A stretch of DNA of 63,384 nucleotides, filler included, from Octopus bimaculoides (Eukaryota), in NCBI RefSeq assembly GCF_001194135.2. It is 4 parts of 4 records of this genome, joined end to end, with 100 filler letters (N's around TTAATTAATTAA, not from the genome) between each part and the next. Parts side by side here need not be neighbours in the genome. Positions count along the whole stretch, not along the records: positions 1 to 27,838 come from NC_068987.1; 3 more parts are not named here. The stretch is one strand, 5' to 3'. Of this stretch, positions 1 to 10,817 are shown piece by piece. Each line of letters begins with the position of its first letter. Positions within the stretch are counted from its first letter, which is position 1. Under the pieces are notes generated by a model, which was not told where the DNA came from, did no database searches, and was given only the letters and a program-made list of their open reading frames with translations. The position numbers were made by a program, and so were the translations under genes.

Positions 1-30
1 TATATATATATATATATATATATACATATA

Positions 31-128
31 TAGGTGCAGGTGTAGCTGTGTGGTAAGAAACTTTGTTCCAAAGCACATGGTCCTGGATTCATTCCCACTG
101 TGTGGTAACTTGGCATGTGCCTTCTGCT
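31..128 (+). mobile_element. SINE family A, 5' tRNA-like head fragment
   Basis: ggtgcaggtgtagctgtgtggtaag...ggattcattcccactgtgtggtaacttggcatgtgccttctgctat matches the head of the full copy at 37681-38070; A-box/B-box-like spacing; flanked by (TA)n. Confidence 0.7.
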
Positions 129-1539
129 ATATATATATATATATATATGATACACACACACATACATATATATGTATGTATGTATATATGCATATATATA
201 TCTATTATATAAAAGTCAATGTCTTTATGTGTGTTCGTAATATTCCTAAAATTTCAACTTCTTACGAGTTAGTAACCCCCACAATTAAGTCATTTTTCCT
301 AAGCCAAGATGAATACAATTGTAGTTTTGAAAGCTGTAGAGTCACCTGAGCATATAAGATGAGCGTTATTTGTAATTCAATGGTATAACAGTGTAAGAGT
401 TTGCTTTGAGATGTATTTAGATTGTGATTTCTGCAACGTGGTGCATAAATTGTTGAGTAAAAGAGAAGCATCTTTGCCTCCACTGATTCAGTTGCAAAGT
501 GTTATTTTGAGTAAAGTTATTTGGTTGCAGACCTCCTTTGAGTCTTTTTATTATCACTGGGTCAGATATAGTCCCCAGATGGTAACAGTGATTTCAAGGC
601 CCTCCCAGATAAGTGACTGGTCATTCAAAGAGATTTATAGATTGCAAATTTATTCTGTCCAGTTACCTATTGGCATAGGTAACTCCAGAGGTGACACATT
701 CATTTCCCCTTCGCCTTCATGTCACACAGTTGTTAATGTTTATTTGAGTTGGATCATGCCCTTCCAATTACTATAGATCTGTAATGCATCTTACGGCTGT
801 GCCCGTCACCTGTATGGTGAGGAATCCTACATTAGGGAGTGGTAACAACTAGGGTAGGGTAGCTGACTGCCTTTGGGATCATTCGTCTTTTGGTTTCCTG
901 TAGCTTTGCTCTCTTTTACAAACCCAGTGAACATTCATATATTTCTGATTTCAAAGAAATTCGAACAATACATATAAGACCCAAGTTAAAAAGATTCTCA
1001 GCAATTCAACTTCTCTGGTTGACTTTAAGCCCCCCCCCCCCTACCCAATAGGAGCCTTAACTCCTACATTTTAGACCTCCATGTACTCCATTTTTCAGGA
1101 GCAATAGCCTTTGAATAGGTTTCATAAGATTTGAATTTTGGAATCTGTGCATAAAGCTGAGTAGTATGGGATAAATATGTCATGATTAGAATTTTTGTTA
1201 GGGTGTGTAAAGAGGGAAAGAACCCTCATTACAATTCTTAATCTGCAATTCTTCAATTCCATGTGACACGGGCAAAGCCGGATATCTCTGCTAGTACCTG
1301 ATAAAAGTGTCAGCTTGATGTCACAGTGTGGGTATATTATTTGAGGTTGTGACACAAGATGTAGTGTGACTGTTGTTGTTGTTGCTGCTATTGTTGCTAC
1401 TGCTACTACTGTTATTGTTGTTAATTACTCTATTTAATGGTCTACATTGGTTATAAATCTTTGTCAGTTTCCTGATTTCTTTCTTTCTTCTTTATTGTTT
1501 TCATTTAGTTGTATGATGCTAAATTCTTTTCATTTGTGG

Positions 1540-2330
1540 TATTCTTGTACTATGCTTTTATGGGGTTGACTATTTCTAATTAGTCTTTGTATTTTTTATA
1601 TTACTTTATGGGCTATGTTTTTTGTATTTTTCTGTTGTACCTATAATTACTTTGTTAAATGTATCTATTTCACTGCCTATACTGGTGATTGTTGTTCTGT
1701 TGTTGAAGCTTAAAATGCTTGATTCTATTCTTTGGTGGACTCCATTTCAGTATGCTGCTTTGAAGCTTGTAGAATCATTTTTGCTTTCTTCATTAAAGAA
1801 TGTGTATGTTGAAATGGTAATTGATAGTCTAATATTTGAAAGATTGTTCTACCCAACAGGTTGTGTTAGCTTGGTGCAGAACACAAAAAATGATGTCTGG
1901 AGGAAGAGTTGGTATAGTTGGCTTGTTACAGTGGTGGGGGGGGGGCGTTGTTATGGGTTGTTTAGAATGTAAAGGAAGTTTATTTGTCTTACTATAAGGC
2001 TACATTTTGTGTTATCTGTACTATTTGAAAACCAGGATATGTTGAGTGCTTTGAAGTCTTCCCCAGAATTGGTGTTTGACAGAATGTTAAAGTGTTGCAG
2101 CAGGCTTGTGTAACCTGGTGAGACAATTGTTGAGGTCAGTGGTGGTATATATATGCTTATTTTATGTCCTTTATAATTTGAGGTTTTACTTTTGAAAGCC
2201 TACATTTTCGGTGTGTTGTTAACTCCTGCTGGTTTGCAAATGCCATTTGGAACGTCTATGTATTAGATATATGATGATATTTTATGAAGCTGCTTTTGGT
2301 GTGAGAGATTCTATCTAATGTGACCTCAGT
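1540..2330 (-). mobile_element. Degenerate Penelope-like element remnant (linker and GIY-YIG region)
   Basis: Minus-strand fragments NISWFSNSTDNTK (cf. IIWFNPP..NVKT), EQSFKY and FNEESKNDSTSF occur in the same order as in the clearer copy at 55740-56395; many stops and frameshifts. Confidence 0.45.
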
Positions 2331-2444
2331 GCCCAGGCTGTGAGCTACAAAGTTGAGATGGGGTTGTCAAACAACAACGGAGAGATACACAGAGAAATAT
2401 ATTGGTGCAATGGCAGGGAGGGGGTGTTTAAGGTCAGGGTCAAT

Positions 2445-2700
2445 AATCATAGGTCCTCATTTCGAATCCTAAAGAGGTGCAATGACAACATTAGCCAGTA
2501 ATATATGGCGATCAAAAGAGGAAAGACTGCTGCACAAAATCAACTGAAAAATGTTGGAATAGCCTGAATTATTTTTGAATAGAAGAAGATGTCGCAAGCT
2601 TTGTTTGGCTGAGAAAAGAATCATTCTCAAAAATTCACATGATCAAAGTACTGTCCTGAACACGGAAAGCAAAATATTCCATTGTTGTCATTAAGATAGA
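2445..2700 (+). mobile_element. Penelope-like element GIY-YIG C-terminal remnant
   Basis: Reads HRSSFRILKR / TTLASNIWRSKEERLLHKIN*KMLE / CRKLCLAEKRIILKNSHDQSTVLNTESKIFHCCH, the H..SF, T.L..IW and C.LCL.EK...LN...I..CH motifs of the PLE endonuclease end. Confidence 0.65.
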
Positions 2701-2882
2701 AAATTTGTTCTGGCAATGTGATTATCCCACTTTTTGGACTAAAGAATAGAAAACCTGTTCACATGTACAGCTAATCCCCTTCGGCCACTGCTGACATCAT
2801 CCCATGGGGAGTAACTCTTCTTTCGTTCTTGAAAGATAGAAAGATATAACTTTTTACCACATGATTTTCTTCTGCTTTTCAG

Positions 2883-3001
2883 CATCTCAAAGTGAACCAG
2901 GGCTGTATAACTACCTTCATAAAGGAGGTTATGCAGTTCTGGCCAGTATGTCTAAAGGGTTATCAATACTGCCTAGTGCAGCAATCAAAGTGAAACCAAT
3001 G
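2883..3001 (+). CDS. Candidate upstream exon of the lipid-kinase-like gene (uncertain)
   Basis: Strong acceptor ttttcttctgcttttcAG and donor ATG|gtaaca; open frame SQSEPGLYNYLHKGGYAVLASMSKGLSILPSAAIKVKPM; it ends in phase 0 while the next exon needs phase 1, so the join is unresolved. Confidence 0.3.
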
Positions 3002-3136
3002 GTAACATTCTAACTAGTTAATGCCATAACCAGGAATATACTGCTTGACTATATAAAAGTATACATGTGTGTGTGTGTACATACACAAACACACATATAG
3101 TGCATTTTCTAATTATTCATTCCCTTACTATTCTAG

Positions 3137-3206
3137 TTTCGCTGTTGGCCTGTTTATTTTCAAAACGACAACCTCTGAAGTTGAAGCTGTCCTACAGATT
3201 AGTTCG
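3137..3206 (+). CDS. Ceramide/sphingosine-kinase-like gene, exon A (70 nt, phase 1 to 2)
   Basis: Acceptor cccttactattctAG and donor CG|gtgagt; encodes SLLACLFSKRQPLKLKLSYRLVR; phase fits the exon at 9665. Confidence 0.55.
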
Positions 3207-4289
3207 GTGAGTGAGTTTGTGTATACTATTGTGTGTGTGTGTGTGCGCGCATGCACGCATGTATAAATGAGTAACAAAGATGTACAGGGGTCAATTCATT
3301 ATAGCCATTTCAAGCGACTCCTTTAATTGATTAATGAAAACATTACATCATTTGAATGAAACCATTCTCGGCAGATGATCGCATAGACTTCAAACATAAA
3401 GGATACAACCATTTCCTTAACATATTTACATCAATAGTGGAACTCAAAATATTTATATTGTTTCTTTTGTTATATCTGTAGCAGAATGAGTTTAGAAAAT
3501 AATGCATACCTTGTCAAGTCAACTATAATTTAGAGAGTAACAGAGGAAATATTGGGGGTCTGGATAAAAAGTGTGGTAACCTAGTTAATTACATGTAGAA
3601 GACTTTATATAGAATGTAGTCTTCAACCATTTAGAATCAAATCCATTTGGAGTTGTCAACTGTATTCTAGTTAATGGTGATAAATCAATTAATGTCAGAC
3701 AATCTACTAGACTCTCAATGTACTAGAACCATATATCTAGCTTTTATCTACACAAAAGGGTAGGGCATAGGGTTAGTAGTAAGGGAATGCCTGATGGGGA
3801 AGGGGTGATAATTGGAATAAAGAAGGATAGGGATGGTTAATACTTATTTTGATCTATAAACTTTCAATAATTATATTATGTATTTACCCCTTAAGTTTTG
3901 GGAATCTCTTCCCATATAGAGAGTATAACGTAAATTTTACAATTGATTACTAAAATCTTGCACCTCCCCTAAGTATAAAATATATCCCCTAAGATCTGTT
4001 ATTATTCTACCTAATGTATTTTAGAAATATTTTATAAACCCAATTCCAAAGATAATTTTATTCTTATTTCTGTTAATATTTGATACATGTATTTTATTTT
4101 ATATTATATTGATAATAATAACATATCTAGGAATTCTTTTCGATATACCAATATAATTTATAAAATAATCCTTATTTTATCTTATTTTTTATTGTATTCT
4201 ATATTATGGTATATCCTTATTTATATCTCTTTCATACCTTTTATATCATTCTGTAAAAAATATCTACACTCATTATTTGCGTTTTTTTT

Positions 4290-6200
4290 GGCCCCATTGA
4301 CCACCACTACCTGACTTCTATCTTTTAGAAAGTCATGTAGCCATTCTCCAAGTTTTCCAAATATACCAAGATTTCGGAGCTTGTGACAAATCATACCATG
4401 GTTGACTTTGTCAAAGGCTTTTGTAAAGTTGAGGTATATCACATCCACATTTGAGTTGATGAGCAGCTTCTTTAGCACCGAGTCATAATGCTGCAAGAAC
4501 TGTGTTAGGCAGCTTCTACCTGGTTGAAAACCATGCTGGGTGTCAGTCAGCAAGTCATTCTCTTCAAGGAATGCAATTGATTTCCTTCGGACTCTTCCAT
4601 GACTTTGCTGATGTATGACATCAGAGAGATAAGCCTATAGTTTTTAGCATCTGCTCTACTTCATCCTTTATGGATAGGGCATATTATTCCCTCCTTTAGT
4701 TTGTCCAGGAGCTTACCATTTGCAAGGAAGCTCTGAAAATGTAGCTGCAATGGTTTTGCAAGGACTCGTTTGCATGACTTGAGGAGGATTGCTAGGAATC
4801 CATCAGGGCCAGCGGCTGAGTTTGCATCTATATCATCTGCTGCTAGCATTACATCCTTTTGTTCAATGTTGATGTAATCAATTGTTACTGCCTCCCATTC
4901 AGCTTCTGCAGCAATAAAGAATTCTATAGGCTTGCTAATTTGCACGTGTCACAGGGCTGGGGTGAAGACACTTTTGAACTGTTCATTCAGTGTTTCACTT
5001 ATTCTCATTGGGTTTCCCATGAGGGAGCCATCTTTTTGGAGGAGTGGCCCTACCCTGCAATGCACAGAGACAGTCTCCTTGCCGTACCTAAAGAAGGCTT
5101 TAGGGTTTGACTTTGTATTTCTTATGACCCAGGCTTCTCTGTCTGACCTTTCCTTCTCATGGGAGTGCTTCAGATGTTTCTCAATCTCCAACAGTGTCGT
5201 TTCCAGGCGGGGTTCCTTACTGCCGTTGAGTTCTCTGTTGAGGTGTTTTGCAATCTTTGTACACCATCTCATAAGAATTTTCCTCTCCCTGAGAATCTTG
5301 TTTTTATGTGCAGTGGCCCTTCTCTCTGGGACAAAATTGTAACAAAAGGCTTGCATTATGGACATTAAAGCTTTCAATTTCATGTTTATGTCAGGTGTAG
5401 AGAGACATTGGGACCAGTCCTGTTTGGTGATCTCTTTCTCAATTGATTCCCAGTCTGCTTTGTGGCAGTTCAGATTGGATAGGTTTTGGGTACTTGTCAT
5501 AGGTTGCATGTCTGTGGGTTCCTTTGGTCCATACATGGTCAGCTCTATTATGCTGTGATCCAAAATTTTGGTGTCACTATCACATTATGGATGAGATCCA
5601 CATTGTTTGTGAAGCAGAGATCAAGTATATTGTTTGCCCTGGCTGGCTGGAGTATTATTTGCTCCATATATGAATTGTTGGTGAGGTTGAGCAGGGATTC
5701 CACTTGACTTTGCTCACATCGCATCATTCCTGAGAGGAAAAGGCCTTTGGGCCATTTCATATTGGGCAGGTTGAAGTCTGCCATGAGAAATACACTGGAG
5801 TGCTCTTCTATTTTGGTTAAGACCTCTTCTATCCTTGCAAAGCAGTCTTCAAATTGGCCCATATGATTTGGGCATCTGGTGGGCGATATGTAGTACATAT
5901 AACTATATCCAATCATCTTATATGTACAATTAGTGTATCACACACTGAATTTGAGTGTGATGAAAGGATCTAGGATGTGAGATCTTCATGGATGTATATT
6001 GCAACTCCACCATGGCTCCTGTTTTTTCTATCATTTCACAGTACCATGGTATGTGTACTTTTGCATCTGCAATGTTGGGTTTTAAGTGTGTTTCAGTGAG
6101 TGCTATGCATAAAGCTTGATTTCATGTCACTAGGTCTCTCAGGAAGATAATTTTAGTTCTGTTACTGAGTTGTAACAGTCCTCTTACATATATGAAGTAT
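4290..6200 (-). pseudogene. LINE ORF2 remnant (APE endonuclease plus N-terminal half of reverse transcriptase), CR1/L2/Jockey-group-like, frameshifted and 3'-truncated
   Basis: Motifs in order on the minus strand: ALTETHL, MADFNLP, NNILDLCFTN, DHSII, AAGPDGF, ICPIHKG, QHGFQPGRSCLTQ, VDVIYLNFTKAFDKVNH, LHDFLKDRSQVVVVNGA; ends before the QG and YADD motifs. Confidence 0.92.
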
Positions 6201-6399
6201 AGTGGCATGATCTTTGTGCTGATGCCAGTGGTGGACACCCTGGATCCATTGGTTGTGGCAGTCTTGCATGTTGGTGGGGATGGCTCCAACTCTGGAATTG
6301 ATGAAGCCAGATTAGTTGTTGCACAATCTTTTGAGCCATGTATAAAAAAGATTGTTGCTCAGTTGCAACCGTTATGATGACTTCTGAGTAGGGCTGATT

Positions 6400-7090
6400 T
6401 TTAGAAATAGTGCACACTACATCGGCATTTTTAGCTTTGATGCAGGTGATGCATGACTTTTTCGACTTTGGAGTCTTCCTGTGTCTTTTGGAGGGAGGCT
6501 TTTTCTTTTGGTCTGTCTGTTGTTTGGCTTTGGATGCAAGAAGCAGCAGTCTGCACCATCATGTCCATGCCAGCATTCACCACACAGGAAGAATTTACAC
6601 ATTTGGGAGCTCTCTTTTGTTTTTTGCTTCATTTTTACTTCTATTGTCATCCTTTTTTCCTTCTTTTATCTTTATTTTTAGCCCTTTATTGGTTCTTTTG
6701 CACTTTTTGGGTGTTGATATTGGTTGTGGTAGCACCATCCATACTGATGTCTTCTTCCTTGGCAGGTCTCTCAATTTTGGTTTTCGTTTCAAGTGTGTTC
6801 CCTTGTGGATCAGTGGAGCCAAAGGAACATCTGTCACTCACATCAGGGTCCCCATCCTTGTCCTCCTTTTTGAGCTTCTCTGTGCAAAGATGGTATCCAG
6901 TGTGCTAATATGAGGTCTGATAAGAACATAGGAGTGGATAAATTCTTGTTTTTGTGCTTTATCTGAACTATGATTCTTATATATAGCCATTGCTCTTTAG
7001 AGCTGCCATTATAATATTATTTGAATTGTCTCCTTCAGCTATTTTCCACCCTCTCAATTAAGAGTTTCAGTTCTTCGCTGACCCAGTTTT
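6400..7090 (-). pseudogene. ORF1 remnant and probable 5' region of the same LINE, with a CCCH-type zinc finger
   Basis: CKFFLCGECWHGHDGADCCFLHPK in ORF 6417-6650, preceded by Lys-rich fragments (ORF 6595-6837), directly upstream of ORF2 on the same strand; 5' limit approximate. Confidence 0.7.
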
Positions 7091-7184
7091 GAGACATCCT
7101 TAACCTGCCATTTCCTTCTGTATACATTTAGAGAAAGATTGAGATAAGGAGAGATAGGGAGAGGGAAAGAAAGAGAGGTGTAAG

Positions 7185-7625
7185 TCATATTGATTTATGT
7201 ATGCACAGATGGGAGAGATATTAGTTGAGATAGGGAANNNNNNNNNNNNNNNNNNNNNNNNNNNNNNNNNNNNNNNNNNNNNNNNNNNNNNNNNNNNNNN
7301 NNNNNNNNNNNNTCATATTGATTTATGTATGCACAGATGGGAGAGATATTAGTTGAGATAGGGAAGAAAGATTTATGTATCTTTGAGTATAGATCTATAA
7401 ACTTTCTATAGGCATATTTCCGTTTATACACATGTTCAATAGATAAATATACACAGAGAGAGAGAAAGAGAGAGATTTATGAGTGCACAGACAGGGGAGA
7501 TATTAGTTGGGATAGGGAAGAAAGATCTATGTGTTTTTGAGAATATAGCTATAATCTTTCTATAGTCATTTTCCCATATACACACGTTCAATAGATATAT
7601 ATACAGGGAGGGAGGGAGAGAGAGA
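7185..7625 (+). repeat. About 155-bp tandem repeat (2 diverged units plus a gap-flanking duplicate)
   Basis: gatttatg(t/a)(a/g)tgcacaga...gagatattagttg(a/g)gatagggaagaaagat recurs at about 7192, 7320 and 7475. Confidence 0.8.
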
Positions 7626-7672
7626 GCATTGTGTATGTGTGTGTGCTTGTGCATGCATGCTAGAGAGAGACA

Positions 7673-7709
<37 letters not shown>

Positions 7710-8164
7710 CGTGCGTGCATGCATGCTACAGAGAGAGAAAGAGAAACATGGGGGAGAAAGAAATCAAGAGGAATTGAGAAACTAATCAATCAATCACAAA
7801 TTAAATCGAAGGGTATAATAGTGCAGATTATTATGTTCTGGGATCATGAATGTAAAGAAAAATGGAATTTACTTCTCTTAGTTTAATGTTAAAAACAAAT
7901 CCACTACTTGTGAACAAAAGCATACTTACCTCAAAATTATTGTTTTACGATAAATCATAATGACCAGAAAGCAAAAATTGTATTCATATGGATTTTTCTT
8001 CACTTATTTTCTAAGTGAATCAAATGTTTAACCATGTAAGTTGAGAAATTTTTGTATATTTGCAGCTGCTTTTCTCCTTTGCTAAACCTGTTAATGCTAG
8101 TTGAAACAAAGTTTCATACCGTTTTAACATGATGATCCCCATGAGCAAAACATTTTATATGTAT

Positions 8165-8330
8165 CCAGTTCACTCAGCAGGCAAAAGTAATTAAAAGGCC
8201 AGCCTTGTCATATTTTGTGTTGTGCTGAATCTCCCTGTCTGTCATTTGTACATTAATTTCATAAGCAAGCTGTTCGGTTGATCAGATCAACTGGAACCCT
8301 TGTTGTCATAACTGATGAAGTGCTAGTTCA
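8165..8330 (+). mobile_element. SINE family B, 3' fragment
   Basis: cagccttgtca...gcaagctgttcggttgatcagatcaactggaaccct...gtcataactgatgaagtgc is the reverse complement of the 3' part of the copies at 15105 and 20203. Confidence 0.7.
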
Positions 8331-8414
8331 TTATAAGGTAAAGACCTGCTTCAGTCATGAATGACCATGGGATTGCACCTAAAAAGTTCCCCTCCGAGAC
8401 ACAAGTCCAAGCAA

Positions 8415-8675
8415 GGTCGTTTATGGAAGACCAGTTGCCCATGCATACCAGTCTCCTCTCTCCATGCCACCAATGTTATCCAAGAGAAAGGCAAAGGCCA
8501 ATACAGCTTGGCACAAGTGACATCACAACTCATTTCTACAGTTGAGTGAACTGGAGCAACATGAAATAAAGTATTTTGCTCAAGAACACAACACAACACA
8601 CAGCCTGGTCCCAGAATTGAACTCACTACCTCGTGATTGTGACTCTAACGCTCTAATCACTGAGCCATGTGCCTT
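8415..8675 (-). mobile_element. SINE family C (tRNA-like head plus central conserved domain)
   Basis: Minus strand reads gaaggcacatggctcagtgattagagcg...gagttcaattctgggacc...gttcttgagcaaaatactttatttcatgttgctccagttcactcaactg, homologous to 12461-12718. Confidence 0.75.
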
Positions 8676-9029
8676 CTTTATAACTGATTAGAAATTTGGT
8701 GTGTGCAATTGGGGCACACTGTCAATAGTTCATTTACATCAGTGTTTGTCCTGAGATAACATCTCTTATTAAAGAGTGATGAGAATTTGTCCCAGCAATA
8801 ACCAGTAACAGCACTGGATGCTTTTCAGCCTTTCTGGGCCTCTTCAATGGCATGCACTCACAGATAAGAATTCACTGTCTTCAATATAGGAAAAAAATAT
8901 GACATTTTACTAATGTTGTGAGTAGACACCCTGCTGATTAGAAGTTGACTTTGTATATACATAAGGTATGATACATAGATGGCTATTTTAATTAAATACT
9001 GCCTCAGTTGTGTATATTGGATTTCTTCT

Positions 9030-9066
9030 GGTAATAAGAATGATAATAATGATAATAATAATAATC

Positions 9067-9161
<95 letters not shown>
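9030..9161. repeat. (TAA)n microsatellite
   Basis: Direct inspection. Confidence 0.95.
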
Positions 9162-9164
<3 letters not shown>

Positions 9165-9370
9165 TGCAGTGTGTAAGGTGTTTATAAGTCATTTAAGAAA
9201 CACACAAAACCATTAGATTCACTTCAGCATTTAAATTTAATTTGCTAAAATATTTTCGTTGCTTTGAGACTGCAACCTGTTCACTGACAAAATTCCGTCA
9301 ATGTTGAAGTGAATCTAACGGTTTTTGTGTGTTTCTTAAATGGCTTATAAACACCTTCCACGCTGCAATT
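9162..9370. mobile_element. Foldback element/MITE with about 70-bp terminal inverted repeats
   Basis: aattgcagtgtgtaaggtgtttataagtcatttaagaaacacacaaaaccattagattcacttcagcatt (9162-9231) is the near-perfect reverse complement of 9300-9370; about 70-bp non-coding spacer. Confidence 0.85.
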
Positions 9371-9427
9371 GTTTTCGTTCCAGCACAAGATCTCAGATCA
9401 GGTCACTTGCTATGCAAGTACATCTCC

Positions 9428-9465
<38 letters not shown>

Positions 9466-9494
9466 TTCTGCTGCAGGCATAGTTTTGGGAGAGA

Positions 9495-9565
9495 AGTCAG
9501 TCAATTACATTGACCCCAGTGCTTAAATAGTATTTATTTTATCAACCCCAAAAGATGAAAGGTAA
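9495..9565 (-). mobile_element. SINE family D (Deu/Nin-domain-like) fragment
   Basis: ttgaccccagtgc...ttttatcaaccccaaaagatgaaaggtaaa matches the core of the copies at 36586 and 36878. Confidence 0.6.
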
Positions 9566-9664
9566 ATGAATAAGAAAAACAATGATAACAACTACAATCA
9601 TAAAAAATATTTTGTTCAAAATAGGCTTGTTTTTATTATTTTGTTTACTTTGTTTCTTTTGCAG

Positions 9665-9696
9665 GGACACTGATACCAGTTGTGAAATTGATGGAG
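9665..9696 (+). CDS. Ceramide/sphingosine-kinase-like gene, exon B (32-nt mini-exon, phase 2 to 1)
   Basis: Long polypyrimidine acceptor ttgtttactttgtttcttttgcAG and consensus donor GAG|gtaagt; encodes DTDTSCEIDG; phases fit both neighbours. Confidence 0.75.
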
Positions 9697-9724
9697 GTAA
9701 GTCAATTTTGGAATTATGATATAA

Positions 9725-9935
9725 TTGGAAAATGTAAAAAGCATCCATGCTGGTGCCACTTAAAAAGCACCCAGTACACTCTGTAAAGTGGTTGGCATTT
9801 GGAAGGGCATCCAGCCATAGAAACCAAACCAAAACAGACAATTAGAACCTGATACAACTCTCTGGTTTACCAGCTCCTGTCAAGCGGCCTGACCCATGCC
9901 AGTGTGGAAAACAGATGTTAAATGATGATGATGAG
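9725..9935 (+). mobile_element. RTE-type LINE 3' UTR/tail fragment ending in (TGA)n
   Basis: gttggcatttggaagggcatccagccatagaaacc...acccatgccagtgtggaaaacagatgttaaatgatgatgatga is the same tail as the RTE element at 21226. Confidence 0.75.
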
Positions 9936-10407
9936 GAGGAGGGGGTATAAACATCAATGTAAATACAGACAATGTTCAAATTGATGATTATAATAATATT
10001 AGTAATGGCGGTGATTACGATCTTGTACTAATGTAATGAAAATCATTCAATCTGAAGAGAAGAGGAACTGTCCTTGCTCTATTGTACCCTCCTTCCATTC
10101 CTGACTGGTACAGCAGATGTGTTTGTTGTGCAGCTGAAACAATTGTCTCCTTATATCTGAATGGAAAACATGTTGAGAGAAGGCTTTCATAATGTATCCA
10201 GTTCTAGGAAGAATATATTGGTTGTATTGCTTAGTACAGGGTGTGATGGAAGAAATTAGACGCAGTAAGAATGTTATAAATAGATTCTCGTACATCAGAT
10301 GGCACCCAGCTTATTAGTTTAAAGAAGCAGCTTCAAAAGTGTTGAAGAAGAAAAGCAACAAAGAAAAACAAAATAAAATGTCGTTATTTTTTAAATTATT
10401 ATTTTAG

Positions 10408-10637
10408 ACACCGACAACATCAACGCAAGCAGAGCAAATGAGGAAGAGGAAAAATGGGTAACTATTGAAGATGACGTCCAAGGAATTGAAAGTTTTTTGG
10501 TGTCCCTCATGGAATCTGGTCCCACGTTGAAGTACAGCTTTGGTGAGAATAGTGGCCAGCTATTCATTATAAAAAAATGTTCCTTAGGTGAACATATGAA
10601 GTTTTACAGTCATTTGAAGAATAATAAACCATCTGTG
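10408..10637 (+). CDS. Ceramide/sphingosine-kinase-like gene, exon C (230 nt, phase 1 to 0)
   Basis: Acceptor attattttAG and donor GTG|gtaagt; stop-free frame TDNINASRANEEEEKWVTIEDDVQGIESFLVSLMESGPTLKYSFGENSGQLFIIKKCSLGEHMKFYSHLKNNKPSV; the acidic run-W and L.IIKKCS...F pattern resembles CERK EEWQVV...LILIRKCSRFNFLRF (from memory). Confidence 0.8.
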
Positions 10638-10688
10638 GTAAGTACTGAATGTTAGGATTTACACTTTACTGTTCTGTGCTTTTATTTT

Positions 10689-10715
10689 TATTCAGAGTTG
10701 TATGTGTACAGTGTA

Positions 10716-10759
<44 letters not shown>

Positions 10760-10817
10760 CTATTCAGAGTTGTATGTGTACAGTGTAAGTTAGTTAGTTA
10801 GTTAGTTAGTTAGTTCT
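10689..10817 (+). repeat. Local tandem duplication of tattcagagttgtatgtgtacagtgtaa followed by (GTTA)n
   Basis: Two copies, starting at about 10689 and 10761. Confidence 0.9.

Noticed and set aside
6410-6913. 167-aa hydrophobic plus-strand ORF resembling a membrane protein
   Set aside because: Antisense shadow of the Lys-rich LINE ORF1
8783-8917. Extra exon of the kinase-like gene (ITSNSTGCFSAFLGLFNGMHSQIRIHCLQYRKKI)
   Set aside because: An in-frame TGA precedes the only good donor (8918); it would need a 1-nt indel, and exon 3137-3206 already joins 9665 in phase
8979-9216. Poly-Asn/Ile/Tyr ORFs, and similar ORFs over other microsatellites (e.g. 23552-23970, 30384-30824, 42675-42947, 59551-60089)
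   Set aside because: Simple translations of tri- and dinucleotide repeats with no coding signal
10715-10815. Telomere-like repeat
   Set aside because: The unit is GTTA/TTAG, not TTAGGG or TTAGG; an ordinary tetranucleotide microsatellite
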